64,000 nucleotides of DNA, from positions 80,040 through 144,039 of the forward strand of contig JBAYIS010000002.1 of assembly GCA_041665525.1 (NCBI GenBank), in the 5' to 3' direction. Position 1 is the first letter of the stretch. Each line of letters starts with the position of its first letter. The stretch comes from Bacteroidota bacterium (GTDB lineage Bacteria; Bacteroidota; Ignavibacteria; UBA10030; UBA8401). Below, one piece after another: positions 38,744-49,491 of this stretch. The position numbers were made by a program, and so were the translations under genes. The notes under the pieces were generated by a model that saw only the letters and a list, made by a program, of their open reading frames with translations, was not told the origin of the DNA and made no database searches.

Positions 38744-40015
38744 GTGGAAGTAACCGTAAACAATGTGAATGATTGCGTTCGTGAAATGACCGTGACAATG
38801 ACACAGGAGGAATTGGCTCCGCATTTTGAAAAAGCATATAAAGAGGCGGCCCCGGCATTGGAGATAAAAGGATTCCGCAAAGGAAAAGTACCGATGCATA
38901 TGGTGAAGAAGATGTTCGGACCAAGCATTGAGTATCAGGCAGTGGAAGAGATTACGAACGATGTATTCCGCACAGAGATGGAATCGCGCAATATCAACCC
39001 TATTGGCACACCGCAGATCAATAAGATCGATTTCAAACCGGGCACACCTCTCACATTCATTGTGAAGTTCGAAATTCGTCCCGAATTCGAGCTGAAGGAT
39101 TACTCCTCCATCGCCATCGAACGGTATTCGCATAAAGCGACCGATACAGAACTGGAAAGCGAAGTTGAACGGCTGCAGCAGATCAATTCCACAACGGAAG
39201 TTGCATCAAAGGTTGACAGCGAATACCACATTGTCACCGTGGATATGAAGGATATGGATGAACACGGCCATTCACGCGAAGATATGAAAATCTATCTTCG
39301 TGAAAAATCAACTGAGAAGGAAGTCAAAGAAGCATTGATGGGTGCATCCGTCGGCGATGTGAAAGAGGCAAAATTCAGCCATCAACACGGCGACCATTCG
39401 CACGATGTCCATTTGCAACTGACGGTGAAGAAAATCGAGAAAGTGATTCTTCCGCCGTTGGATGACGCGCTTGCCCAAAAAGTGAGCAACGGCAAATTCC
39501 AGACTGCAGAAGAAATGAAACAGAACATTAAAAAGGATCTGGAAGAGTTCTGGAAGGAACGCAGTGAACGCCGTTTCGAGAACGATCTGCTCTCTGCAAT
39601 CGTCAAACAATACGAATTCACCGTCCCAGAAGCGCTGATCCAAAATGTGACGGACACGTTTATTGAAGATGCAAAGAATCAGCAGCCAAACAGGCAATTA
39701 CCGAAGAATTTCAATGAAAAAGCATACCGTGAACAGTCCCGGGAAACAGCCATCTGGCAGTCCAAATGGCTATTGATTAAAGAACAGTTCATCGCCAAGG
39801 AAAAAATTGAGATCTCCGACTCCGAAATCGAGAAGATTGCGGAGGAAGAATCAGCAAAATTGAATATTGATAAAGAACGGCTTGTGAATTTCTACAAAAG
39901 TTCCGATAATGCGCTGGAGCGTTTGAAGTATAATCGTCTTATTGATATTCTCAAACAAAATGTTAAGATTACGGACGTTGAGACAGACGACTACAGTAAA
40001 TTTGCAACGAACTGA
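38744..40015 (+). CDS. tig: trigger factor (ribosome-associated peptidyl-prolyl isomerase chaperone)
   Basis: N-terminal ribosome-binding signature (GFRKGKVP), a central FKBP-like region, and the conserved tig-clpP-clpX gene order. AAGGAG RBS. Confidence 0.9.
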   Translation: MEVTVNNVNDCVREMTVTMTQEELAPHFEKAYKEAAPALEIKGFRKGKVPMHMVKKMFGPSIEYQAVEEITNDVFRTEMESRNINPIGTPQINKIDFKPGTPLTFIVKFEIRPEFELKDYSSIAIERYSHKATDTELESEVERLQQINSTTEVASKVDSEYHIVTVDMKDMDEHGHSREDMKIYLREKSTEKEVKEALMGASVGDVKEAKFSHQHGDHSHDVHLQLTVKKIEKVILPPLDDALAQKVSNGKFQTAEEMKQNIKKDLEEFWKERSERRFENDLLSAIVKQYEFTVPEALIQNVTDTFIEDAKNQQPNRQLPKNFNEKAYREQSRETAIWQSKWLLIKEQFIAKEKIEISDSEIEKIAEEESAKLNIDKERLVNFYKSSDNALERLKYNRLIDILKQNVKITDVETDDYSKFATN

Positions 40016-40133
40016 TCTGGCGAACCGTTGTCAAGGCTCTAAACTTTGACAACGGTATTGCACAATTTTTCCCCGCATCATTCGTCTTATGGGTAGTTCG
40101 CATTCCCGCAAATTTACTAACGCAAGGAGTTTT

Positions 40134-40799
40134 ATGATCATCCAACACCCCCAACACATGATTCAAACAAAGCCGTACGAATTATACAATCAGCTTGTTC
40201 CGATGGTGGTTGAACAGACCAGCCGCGGCGAGCGTGCGTATGACATTTTTTCCCGTCTGTTAAAAGAACGCATCGTGTTCATCGGCACTGCGATTGATGA
40301 TTATGTTGCATCGCTTGCCATTGCGCAGATGCTCCATCTGGAAGCGGAAGATCCGGACAAGGATATTTCCGTCTACATCAATTCACCCGGCGGATCGGTG
40401 ACCGCAGGTCTCGCGATCTATGACACCATGCAGATCATCCGGCCGCAGGTTGCGACCATTTGCGTCGGTATGGCGGCAAGTATGGGAGCAATTCTTTTAT
40501 TGGCCGGTGAAAAAGGAAAACGACAGGCACTGCCGAATGCTCGCATTATGATTCATCAGCCATGGGGCGGTGTGCAGGGAACTGCTTCCGACATCAGCAT
40601 TCAGGCAGAGGAGATTCTGAAAACAAAGAAACGCCTGAACGAGATTATTGCACAGCATACGGGGAAATCAATCGCCGAAGTGGAAAAGGATACTGACCGC
40701 GATAACTATATGTCATCGCAACAGGCGGCCGACTACGGTCTTATTGACAAAGTGTTGACAAAACGTCCCACCGATGCAAAAAAGGATAAAGAGAAATAA
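40134..40799 (+). CDS. clpP: ATP-dependent Clp protease proteolytic subunit
   Basis: AAGGAG RBS upstream of ATG at 40134. ClpP signatures [32 protein letters not shown], and catalytic Ser/His/Asp context (MAASMGA). Confidence 0.9.
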   Translation: MIIQHPQHMIQTKPYELYNQLVPMVVEQTSRGERAYDIFSRLLKERIVFIGTAIDDYVASLAIAQMLHLEAEDPDKDISVYINSPGGSVTAGLAIYDTMQIIRPQVATICVGMAASMGAILLLAGEKGKRQALPNARIMIHQPWGGVQGTASDISIQAEEILKTKKRLNEIIAQHTGKSIAEVEKDTDRDNYMSSQQAADYGLIDKVLTKRPTDAKKDKEK

Positions 40800-40802
40800 T
40801 CA

Positions 40803-42059
40803 ATGGGTAAGCAAAAGAGCGAAGATAAGGTTCGGTGTTCCTTCTGCGGCCGCAGGCCGGAAGAGGTGACAAGCATTATTGCAGGTCCCGATGTCTACAT
40901 CTGCGATATGTGCGTTTCCACCTCTATGGATATTATCCGCAATAATCTTTCTTCAGCACGTACGAAACGGATCAAGAATAAAGGACTCCTCACACCGACG
41001 CAGATTAAGTCTTCGCTGGATGAATATGTGATCGGTCAGGAACAGGCAAAGAAAACACTCGCCGTTGCTGTGTACAATCATTACAAACGGATCGACACAC
41101 AGGATCAGTTTGCCGATCCGGAGAATGTGGAAATCGAAAAGAGCAACATTCTGCTCATCGGATCGACCGGAACAGGAAAGACATTGTTGGCGCAGACATT
41201 GGCCCGCATTCTTGATGTGCCTTTCGCGATCGCCGATGCCACAACGTTGACCGAAGCCGGCTATGTTGGTGATGATGTCGAAACGGTGTTGGTCCACCTA
41301 TTGCAGAATGCTGAATACAACGTAGAACGTGCCGAGCGCGGTATTGTCTACATCGACGAGATCGACAAGATCGCGCGAAAAAGTGATAGTGCTTCTATCA
41401 CTCGTGATGTTTCCGGCGAAGGCGTGCAACAGGCGTTGCTAAAGATTCTGGAAGGAACTATTGCCGGTGTACCGCCGAAAGGTGGACGCAAACATCCTGA
41501 ACAAAGCTTGATCAATCTCAATACCAAGAACATTCTCTTTATTTGCGGCGGAGCGTTCGAAGGACTGGAAAAGATTATCTCCCGCCGGGTTCATAAAAAT
41601 GCACTTGGTTTCGGCGCAGAGATTAAAAGTAAAAAGGAACAAACGGCGGATGCCTATATCCAAATGGCAGAACCGGATGACCTGCTGAAATTCGGCCTGA
41701 TTCCGGAATTCATCGGCCGTCTGCCGATGCTCACCACGCTCCACTCACTGGATGAAGTGGCGTTGATGAATATTCTCGTGGAACCGCGTAATGCCATCGT
41801 GAAACAGTTTAAAAAACTGTTTAAATACGAGGGAGTCGAGCTGGATTTCGAAGAAGCGGCACTGAAACAGATCGTTACAAAAGCGATGGCCCGCGGAACC
41901 GGCGCCCGTGCACTCCGATCCGTTGTGGAAGAGATTATGCGGGATATTATGTATGAATTGCCTTCCAAAGCAAACGTCACGAAGTGCGTCGTCACGAAAG
42001 AGACAGTAGATAAAAAGAAAGAACCTATCTACGTATTAGAAGAACGCAAATCGGCATAA
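40803..42059 (+). CDS. clpX: ATP-dependent Clp protease ATP-binding subunit ClpX
   Basis: N-terminal C4 zinc finger (CSFCGR...CDMC). Walker A GSTGTGKT. Sensor motifs. Confidence 0.95.
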   Translation: MGKQKSEDKVRCSFCGRRPEEVTSIIAGPDVYICDMCVSTSMDIIRNNLSSARTKRIKNKGLLTPTQIKSSLDEYVIGQEQAKKTLAVAVYNHYKRIDTQDQFADPENVEIEKSNILLIGSTGTGKTLLAQTLARILDVPFAIADATTLTEAGYVGDDVETVLVHLLQNAEYNVERAERGIVYIDEIDKIARKSDSASITRDVSGEGVQQALLKILEGTIAGVPPKGGRKHPEQSLINLNTKNILFICGGAFEGLEKIISRRVHKNALGFGAEIKSKKEQTADAYIQMAEPDDLLKFGLIPEFIGRLPMLTTLHSLDEVALMNILVEPRNAIVKQFKKLFKYEGVELDFEEAALKQIVTKAMARGTGARALRSVVEEIMRDIMYELPSKANVTKCVVTKETVDKKKEPIYVLEERKSA

Positions 42060-42102
42060 CACGTCCAGCGCAAAGTTGCTAAGAACGCAAAGAGTAAATA
42101 TA

Positions 42103-42139
42103 AAAAATCCCATCCAGTTTTTTGGATGGGATTTTTTTT
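42103..42139. terminator. bidirectional rho-independent terminator between clpX and rsmE
   Basis: A6-TCCCATCCA-GTTTTT-TGGATGGGA-T8. Confidence 0.75.
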
Positions 42140-42159
42140 GTGACAATACAGGTAAAGTG

Positions 42160-42879
42160 TTATTCGTTTCCAACAACCCAACTCAGCGAAATGATCGCCG
42201 CCGTTTCCGTTCGCAACCGGCGCCGTCCTAATGAGACTTGTGTAAACTCCGCTTTCTCCGCCAACTGCACTTCTTCGTCCGTAAATCCTCCTTCGGGACC
42301 GATCAGAATCATAGCAGACCGGGGTGGTTTCCGATGTTTCAGCGCCTCGGCAATAAAGAGGACATGATCTGTCCGTTCGTACGGTATGAGTTTCATATCA
42401 TAACCCGTGGAATTTGCGATAACAAGATCAAAATCCGTCGGCGGTGCAATTTTCGGAAGGATGCATCGTCCCGACTGTTTCATCGCCGCAAGTGCAATGT
42501 TGTTCCACCGGTCCTCTTTCGGGGAACGGGCGATCGTTCTGGTCGTCTGTAAAGGAATGATGGTCCGCACTCCCAACTCCGTCGCTTTTTCAATAATCCA
42601 ATCCATCCGTGAAGGGTTCTTCAGCTGGGCAACCGCAAGTGTCACATCAATATCCGGTTCATGAAGATGGTGATGCTCATACAGAATTTCGCATTCGATC
42701 ATTTCCGGCGCAACCAAACGAATGATCACTTCAAAGGCGCGGCCTGCGCCATCAACAACCCAGATCAGATCGCCGGGCTGTTTCCGTAACACGCGGGAGA
42801 TATGTCTCGCCTCTTCGCCTTCAATAGCAATATGCTGGTCGATGATAAATTCAGCAGGAACGTAGAAGTATTCACTCAT
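42160..42879 (-). CDS. rsmE: 16S rRNA (uracil1498-N3)-methyltransferase RsmE
   Basis: PUA-like N-terminus (EGEEARHISRVLR), SPOUT C-terminal domain, typical length of 239 aa. Confidence 0.75.
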   Translation of the reverse strand: MSEYFYVPAEFIIDQHIAIEGEEARHISRVLRKQPGDLIWVVDGAGRAFEVIIRLVAPEMIECEILYEHHHLHEPDIDVTLAVAQLKNPSRMDWIIEKATELGVRTIIPLQTTRTIARSPKEDRWNNIALAAMKQSGRCILPKIAPPTDFDLVIANSTGYDMKLIPYERTDHVLFIAEALKHRKPPRSAMILIGPEGGFTDEEVQLAEKAEFTQVSLGRRRLRTETAAIISLSWVVGNE

Positions 42880-42990
42880 ATGGTATTGTGTATTGAAGTC
42901 GTGAAATTGAAATCTTTAATGCAGAACTCAAAAACAGAATTTTTTCATAGCAGCGCACCGCTCCAATACCCATCGACACAATTGTTTTGC

Positions 42991-44316
42991 CTACAACGCT
43001 GCCCCTAAATCTAAAATAATTTCCCCTTTGGAGAAAGACTTTCCGTATGGTATTCCAAATTCAACTCTTGCCACTGCACTGTAGGCAAGCAGCAGATGCA
43101 GCCCTGCCCCGTACCCTGAATACCAGCGATTGAGTGCGATCGGATCTTTGCGGTACCATGTATTTCCTGCATCTGCAAAAATGGCAAAATTCAAAGCATA
43201 CCGGACATCTTTAAACTGTTCGAACGGAATGAATTCAAACCGGACATAGCGCGGTGATATGAGAGGGACATGCATTTCCACCGTTGTTCCTGCAATCTGT
43301 TCTGCTTCGAGAACCGTTTTGAAATGTCCGCGTATCCTTTCGCTGTACCCAAAAAATGAATGTCCGTAATTGGGAACGGCACCGCCCCACGCAAAACTGC
43401 CGAACACTCTTCCGGCGAAAACAACATCGCTCCAGGCCGGTACATACCGTCGAAAATCAATGCCAAACCGTTGATAATCGATTTCATTTTCCAGAATTCC
43501 ATATTTCGAAAGTCCCAGATTCACGAACGTTCCGTACTGCGCGTATTCTTTCAGATCGCGTGTATCGTAAAAGTATGAAAGATGTAGCGAATAGAATTCA
43601 TCCCTCCCGTTTGCAGATAATGTTCTGCCGGCGCGCACATCACTTACTTTCAAATTCAGAAATTCCCCTTTCAGTGTGATCAATGTAAAGAGTGATGTTC
43701 GTCTCCCGATGGTCACATCGACACCGGAGCGCTGTTCATCGAAATTTGGAGCACCGGCAAGGGAAAGCAGGCTGCGGTTTCGTTGTTCGGTATAATATGC
43801 ATGGAAGCCAAAAAAGATCCGGTTTTCTACATCGATATGCGGATTGATATAGTTGATCGCAACAAACGGATCATACCCAAGGGCGAATGCGCCGTATAAT
43901 TGAACATTCTCCCCGGCAACATTATTATGTGCTACTCCCAGACCGTAATAATATTTGGCAAAATCGCGGTCCTTAATCCCTAGGAGGGGAAATGGATAGA
44001 AATACCAGCGTTCAACAACATTTACCATCAGCATCGCGGCATTGCCGGAGTCCGGAATCACTTCAATATCCACTTTGGTGAACAGTCCAAGGCTGTAGAT
44101 TCTATTAATATCGAACTGAACTGTTTCGTAGGTAACAAGAGAATCCTGCTTCAGCAACATCTCCTGCACAATCACATAATCCTTCGTCAATGTATTGCCG
44201 ATACAGATAATTTGCCCCACACGATAGACCGAATCGGGAAAACTAAATTGCGGTCCGCTGGTCTCCTGTGCATGGCTGACGGCGAACAGAAATATGATGG
44301 ACCAGATTACTCTCAT
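42991..44316 (-). CDS. Omp85-family outer-membrane protein (one POTRA plus surface-antigen beta-barrel; BamA/TamA-like)
   Basis: Signal peptide from ATG at 44316. A POTRA-like N-terminus, then a G/Y/F-rich barrel ending in an aromatic-rich C-terminal strand. Confidence 0.65.
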   Translation of the reverse strand: MRVIWSIIFLFAVSHAQETSGPQFSFPDSVYRVGQIICIGNTLTKDYVIVQEMLLKQDSLVTYETVQFDINRIYSLGLFTKVDIEVIPDSGNAAMLMVNVVERWYFYPFPLLGIKDRDFAKYYYGLGVAHNNVAGENVQLYGAFALGYDPFVAINYINPHIDVENRIFFGFHAYYTEQRNRSLLSLAGAPNFDEQRSGVDVTIGRRTSLFTLITLKGEFLNLKVSDVRAGRTLSANGRDEFYSLHLSYFYDTRDLKEYAQYGTFVNLGLSKYGILENEIDYQRFGIDFRRYVPAWSDVVFAGRVFGSFAWGGAVPNYGHSFFGYSERIRGHFKTVLEAEQIAGTTVEMHVPLISPRYVRFEFIPFEQFKDVRYALNFAIFADAGNTWYRKDPIALNRWYSGYGAGLHLLLAYSAVARVEFGIPYGKSFSKGEIILDLGAAL

Positions 44317-44385
44317 GAAAACCAATATAATAAAATTAAAAAGGCAGAACATCGGTTCTGCCTTAATGGACACTTTCGGAACATG

Positions 44386-44805
44386 TTACCGAATTAATGC
44401 GCGGTGTTCAACAGCAATACAATGATCCATAACTACATCAAGTCCCGCATTTTTCGCTTTTGCCGCAGCAATTTCATTAATCACGCCCAGTTGCATCCAA
44501 ACCGCTTTGGCGCCGACGGCAATCGCTTCTTCGATCACCGGCACAACGTCGTCCGGATTCCGGAAGATATCGACAAGATCGATCTTTTCGGGGAGCGATT
44601 TTAAGTCGGGATAGCACTTCATTCCAAGTACTTCCTGGTATTGCGGATTCACCGGATATACACGGTATCCTTTTTTGCTTAGATACTCCGCAATTGCTCC
44701 ACTGTCTCGCCATGGTTTCGGCGATGCGCCGACCACAGCGATAGTTTTGGTGGTCGTCAGGAGTAAGTAAAGTTCTTCATCTGTAGATAACATATATTTT
44801 ACCAC
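44386..44805 (-). CDS. CoA-binding domain protein (YccU/YneT-like)
   Basis: Rossmann motif KTIAVVGASPKPWRDS. 139 aa. GTG start. Confidence 0.75.
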   Translation of the reverse strand: MVKYMLSTDEELYLLLTTTKTIAVVGASPKPWRDSGAIAEYLSKKGYRVYPVNPQYQEVLGMKCYPDLKSLPEKIDLVDIFRNPDDVVPVIEEAIAVGAKAVWMQLGVINEIAAAKAKNAGLDVVMDHCIAVEHRALIR

Positions 44806-44882
44806 GGAGACACAGAGGCACAGAAATAGTTATAAAACAATTCTCTTAATTCCCGATTTAATAACTGCAACATTGAAATTGA

Positions 44883-45221
44883 TCAATAATCCCAAACGTT
44901 TTTTGACAGTTTCATATACGATAATAATTGTGCTTCATGAACTGGTAACAAATGGTCAACTGATTTTAACTCAACAATAATTTTATCTTCAACTAAAACA
45001 TCTATTCTTAAATTTGCATCCACATCATGGTGTTTATATTGAAGAGGGATCCGAGCTTCTGTAACGACAGAAACACCTTTCTCCTTCAATTCGATAAACA
45101 TGCATTTCTGATACACCGATTCGAGAAGATCTGGACCAAGTGTTGAATGGACTTGATATGCAGCCTCAACAATCAAACCTGATATTTTGTTCAGTTTTGG
45201 ATCTATTGGTATAAAATCCAT
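44883..45221 (-). CDS. GxxExxY family protein (PD-(D/E)XK-like small protein)
   Basis: GLIVEAAYQVHSTLGPDLLESVYQ matches the G-x-x-E-x-x-Y signature. 112 aa. It is flanked by related ~32-bp repeats (see findings). Confidence 0.8.
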   Translation of the reverse strand: MDFIPIDPKLNKISGLIVEAAYQVHSTLGPDLLESVYQKCMFIELKEKGVSVVTEARIPLQYKHHDVDANLRIDVLVEDKIIVELKSVDHLLPVHEAQLLSYMKLSKNVWDY

Positions 45222-45256
45222 CCGTCTTCTGTGTCACCGTGCCTCTGTGGTAATAG

Positions 45257-48136
45257 TTATGATTTTTCTTCCATATACGATTCCATCGGCGGACAGACAC
45301 AGACCAGCTGCCGGTCTCCGTAAGTATCGTTGATGCGGCCGATGCTCGGCCAGAACTTCCGGGCGCGAACCCACGGTGTCGGAAAGGCAGCTTTTTCTCG
45401 CGAGTACGGCCGTTTCCATTCATCACTCATCACAATTTGTGCCGTATGCGGTGCATGTTTCAGGACGTTGTCGTCTTTGGGATACTTCCCTTGTTCGATC
45501 TCCTCGATCTCCTTTCGGATGTGGAGAAGTGCATCGCAGAATCTGTCCAGTTCCCCTTTCGATTCGCTTTCCGTTGGTTCGATCATCAGCGTGCCGGCAA
45601 CAGGAAAAGAAACGGTTGGAGCGTGGAAACCATAATCCATCAGCCGCTTAGCGATATCGGTCACTTCAATACCTGCGGATGTTTTGAACTTCCGCATATC
45701 GATAATCATCTCGTGCGCACATCGTCCGTTCTTACCGACATACAGAACGTCGAACTCTTTTTCCAGTCTGGATTTTATGTAGTTCGCGTTCAGTATGGCA
45801 TACTTCGTCGCATTCGTCAACCCATTCGCTCCCATCATTTTGATGTATGCGTACGAGATCAACAAAATGCTCGCGCTGCCCCATGGTCCCGAAGAGACCG
45901 CGCTCATGGAGTGCTCGCCGCCGATCTCAACAACAGAGTGTCCCGGAAGGAACGGAACAAGATGTTCAGCAACACAAATCGGTCCCACTCCCGGCCCGCC
46001 GCCGCCGTGAGGAATGCAAAATGTTTTGTGCAGGTTTAGATGACAGACATCCGCACCGATGCGAGACGGCGAGGTCAGTCCGACCTGCGCATTCATATTC
46101 GCGCCGTCCATATACACCTGACCGCCGTTCTTGTGAATGATCGCGCACATATCCTGAATACTTTCTTCAAATACGCCGTGTGTGGAGGGATAGGTGACCA
46201 TCAGGCAGGCAAGCGTATCCTTGTACTGATCTGCTTTCGCTTTCAGATCTTCTACTTCCACGTTTCCGTGGTCGTCGCATTTCACTACCACAACATGAAA
46301 TCCTGCCATCACTGCGCTGGCGGGGTTAGTTCCGTGAGCGGATGAAGGGATTAACGCGATGTTTCTGTGTGATTGTTTTTTTGATTTGAAATATTCGCGG
46401 ATCACGAGCAATCCAGTATACTCACCTTGCGCACCGGCATTCGGCTGCAGCGACACACCGGCAAACCCGGTAATCTCTTTTAGATCGTTCGACAGTTCTT
46501 CGAAGATCTGTGTGTATCCCATCGCCTGTTCCTGCGGAATGAACGGATGGAGCGAAGAAAACTCCGGCATGGTGATTGGAAGCATTTCTGTTGTCGCGTT
46601 TAACTTCATCGTGCACGATCCGAGTGGGATCATGGAGAAGTTAAGCGAGAGATCTTTGATTTCCAGTGAATGGATGTACCGCAACATTTCATGTTCCGAA
46701 TGGTGCGTATTGAAAACGGGATGCAGCATAAAATTGCTTTTGCGAACAAAGTTATTTTTCCATTCCAGTTGAAGATTTTTTGATATTTCAGCAACAGAAA
46801 CTACCTTGTTTTTTACCGATGCAAAAACGGACAAGATCGTTTCCACTTCTTTCACCGTCGTCGTTTCATCAACAGAGATGCCGATCGTCGTTTCGCTGAT
46901 CTGCCGGAAGTTCATCAGTGCGCCGGCAGCGCGATTGATAATGGATGCCGTTGCATTTCCCGTTTCGATGAGCAGTGTATCAAAGTATGTTTCGTTCAGC
47001 TGTTTGAACTCGAGTTTTTTTAATCCTTTGTCTACCACTTTGGCAAGACCATGAACGCGGGATGCGATTTTTTTCAATCCTTCCGGTCCATGATACACAC
47101 CATACATGCTCGCCATGATTGCAAGAAGAACCTGTGCTGTGCAGATATTGCTTGTAGCTTTTTCACGCCGAATATGCTGCTCGCGCGTCTGCAATGCCAT
47201 ACGATACGCTTTGTTTCCGTTGGCATCAATGGAAACACCGATAATGCGTCCCGGCATTACTCGTTTGTATTCATCTTTCGTTGCCATAAATGCTGCATGC
47301 GGCCCGCCGTAGCCCATCGGCACACCGAATCGCTGTGCACTGCCAACGACGATGTCGGCGCCGAACTCACCCGGAGGAGTCAACATCGTCAATGACAGCA
47401 GATCCGCCGCAACTGTGATCAAAACATTGTTCGATTTTGCCTTGGCGATGAAATCAGAATAATCGTAGATCGCTCCTTTCCCTGCAGGATATTGCAGCAA
47501 AACGCCAAACACTTTATCACCGAATTTCACTGTGCGATGATCACCGATAATAATTTCGATGCCGTGGGGTTCCGCACGTGTTTTCAATACATCAATCGTT
47601 TGCGGAAAGCATTCTTCAGAAACGAAAAACTGGTTCCCTTTCTTTTCGTGATTGATGGAGTACATCATGAACATCGCTTCCGCTGCCGCAGTCCCTTCAT
47701 CCAGCAGCGATGCGTTGGCAATCTGCATTCCGGTCAGATCGATGATCATCGTTTGATAATTCAGCAATGCTTCCAGCCGTCCCTGAGAAATTTCCGCCTG
47801 GTATGGCGTGTACTGCGTGTACCAGCCTGGATTCTCGAGAATATTCCGCTGAACGACAGGAGGAGTGACCGTACCGTAATATCCCGCTCCAATAAATGAA
47901 CGAAACACTTTATTCCGTGATGCAATACCACGGATATAATTTATCGTTTCAAGTTCTGTCATCGCCGGATTGATTTTCATCGGCGCTTCCAGGCGGATTT
48001 GCGCCGGCACCGTCTGATCAATCAGTTCATCCAGCGATGATACACCGATTGTGGTGAGCATCTCTTTGGTTTCTGTTTCGTTCGGACCGATGTGACGGGG
48101 TTCGAAAATGTCTGTGGGGGTAAGGGTAATGTTCAT
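45257..48136 (-). CDS. gcvP: glycine dehydrogenase (decarboxylating), single-chain P-protein of the glycine cleavage system
   Basis: 959 aa. PLP-dependent family motifs. The ORF start and end are typical for single-chain GcvP. Confidence 0.95.
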   Translation of the reverse strand: MNITLTPTDIFEPRHIGPNETETKEMLTTIGVSSLDELIDQTVPAQIRLEAPMKINPAMTELETINYIRGIASRNKVFRSFIGAGYYGTVTPPVVQRNILENPGWYTQYTPYQAEISQGRLEALLNYQTMIIDLTGMQIANASLLDEGTAAAEAMFMMYSINHEKKGNQFFVSEECFPQTIDVLKTRAEPHGIEIIIGDHRTVKFGDKVFGVLLQYPAGKGAIYDYSDFIAKAKSNNVLITVAADLLSLTMLTPPGEFGADIVVGSAQRFGVPMGYGGPHAAFMATKDEYKRVMPGRIIGVSIDANGNKAYRMALQTREQHIRREKATSNICTAQVLLAIMASMYGVYHGPEGLKKIASRVHGLAKVVDKGLKKLEFKQLNETYFDTLLIETGNATASIINRAAGALMNFRQISETTIGISVDETTTVKEVETILSVFASVKNKVVSVAEISKNLQLEWKNNFVRKSNFMLHPVFNTHHSEHEMLRYIHSLEIKDLSLNFSMIPLGSCTMKLNATTEMLPITMPEFSSLHPFIPQEQAMGYTQIFEELSNDLKEITGFAGVSLQPNAGAQGEYTGLLVIREYFKSKKQSHRNIALIPSSAHGTNPASAVMAGFHVVVVKCDDHGNVEVEDLKAKADQYKDTLACLMVTYPSTHGVFEESIQDMCAIIHKNGGQVYMDGANMNAQVGLTSPSRIGADVCHLNLHKTFCIPHGGGGPGVGPICVAEHLVPFLPGHSVVEIGGEHSMSAVSSGPWGSASILLISYAYIKMMGANGLTNATKYAILNANYIKSRLEKEFDVLYVGKNGRCAHEMIIDMRKFKTSAGIEVTDIAKRLMDYGFHAPTVSFPVAGTLMIEPTESESKGELDRFCDALLHIRKEIEEIEQGKYPKDDNVLKHAPHTAQIVMSDEWKRPYSREKAAFPTPWVRARKFWPSIGRINDTYGDRQLVCVCPPMESYMEEKS

Positions 48137-48256
48137 AAGTCTTTGGGATAGGAAAAAAGTTAAGTAAACAGTTCTCAGTTCTGAGTAGTAGTAAAAGTTA
48201 TAAGGCGTTTGTGTTCATATGCCAACAATTTCTGGAAAATAATCCTGCGTCGCTTT

Positions 48257-49027
48257 TTATGGTTTCTGCAATTTACCGACCGCTTCTTCTGCGGCCGCTT
48301 GTTCCGCTTCTTTTTTATTCTTTCCGACACCGATGCCCATCGGATCACTCCCAACCAGCACCTGAATGGTAAACGTGCGGTCGTGATCGGGGCCTTCTTC
48401 CTTCAGCGTTTGATAACGCGGTATTCCTTTTCCCATTGCCTGTGAGAGTTCCAGCAATTCGCTTTTAAAATTTTGGTCACTCCCTTTCAAGTAACCGTTC
48501 TTCAGTGCGGATTGCAATCGTTCCAGAATAAATTTTTTGGCGATTTCCATCCCACCGTCCAGATAGAGTGCCGCAATTACTGCTTCGTACGCATCGGCGA
48601 GAATCGTGTCGAATCCCTTTTCTTGCACACCGGCGGAATTTGTATGGGTGAGCATAAACTTCTTCAGATTGATCTCTTTCGCGCAGAATGCCAACGCTTT
48701 TCTGTTCACCAACCGAGCACGGAGAATCGTCAACTCCCCCTCTTCCTTTTCCGGATAGGTTTGAAACAGGTATTCCGCCACGACAAAATTCAAGATGGAA
48801 TCTCCGATGAATTCCAGCCGCTCGTTCGATTCCAGCGAATCAATGTGGGAAACAGGGATGAATGAGCGATGCACCAGCGCGCGGACGAAGAGATCCTTAT
48901 TCTGGATTGGATAGTGCAGCTCCGATTCCAATTTGTTCCAGTCAACACGGGGGTAGAGAACGAGGAGCTTTCGGTCAGAACTGCCGAAGTATGAATTCAG
49001 GAATTGACGAAATCGCGATAAAAACAC
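48257..49027 (-). CDS. rnc: ribonuclease III
   Basis: RNase III signature ERLEFIGDSIL and a C-terminal dsRBD (KNKKEAEQAAAEEA). Confidence 0.85.
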   Translation of the reverse strand: MFLSRFRQFLNSYFGSSDRKLLVLYPRVDWNKLESELHYPIQNKDLFVRALVHRSFIPVSHIDSLESNERLEFIGDSILNFVVAEYLFQTYPEKEEGELTILRARLVNRKALAFCAKEINLKKFMLTHTNSAGVQEKGFDTILADAYEAVIAALYLDGGMEIAKKFILERLQSALKNGYLKGSDQNFKSELLELSQAMGKGIPRYQTLKEEGPDHDRTFTIQVLVGSDPMGIGVGKNKKEAEQAAAEEAVGKLQKP

Positions 49028-49247
49028 AAACTGTTCGAGTTGGTGAGATTAACCTGTTCGCGCTGAAATATTGGGCGGAACTGCTGTTCCACCTTATATG
49101 GACCGAACCGACCTGCCTTCCGGCGGAATAGATTCGACCTACATAATTCTTTCAAGTGTGAACTATTGATTGGTGTAAATATAAGGAAAATTGGGAAAAG
49201 ATGCTGAAGGGTTTTACGATTACACAGATTCAATTTATAAATAACAA

Positions 49248-49269
49248 GGGACGGACTTGCGTCCGTCCC
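49248..49269 (-). terminator. rho-independent terminator of the acpP-fabF transcription unit
   Basis: Perfect palindrome GGGACGGAC-TTGC-GTCCGTCCC, followed on the minus strand by a T-rich tract (TTGTTATTTAT). Confidence 0.65.
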
Positions 49270-49370
49270 GACAAAACATTTCCCTTTCGAAAAACTTACT
49301 CCTAAAATTTCATTATTGCAGCGTCGTCCCGATAAAGAGCGTCTAGATTTCTTTGGTCTACTAATTGGAA

Positions 49371-49484
49371 AACTTCTTAAATGCCAAGGTGGCCCCGATT
49401 AAAATCATCGGGACTACTGAGGTCTTCTAGTCTGAGAACTTCTTAAATGCTAAGGTAGCCCCGATTAAAATCATCGGGACTACT
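49371..49484. repeat. two 48-bp direct repeats, each with a small hairpin, between fabF stop and its terminator
   Basis: AACTTCTTAAATGCCAAGGTGGCCCCGATTAAAATCATCGGGACTACT at 49371-49418 matches 49437-49484 at 46 of 48 positions. Each contains the hairpin CCCGAT-TAAAATC-ATCGGG. Confidence 0.7.
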
Positions 49485-49491
49485 TTTCGTT

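Noticed and set aside
49371-49484. Possible CRISPR array.
   Set aside because: There are only two repeat copies of 48 bp with a 20-bp spacer. No cas genes are anywhere in the window, and the repeats lie in a 3' UTR.
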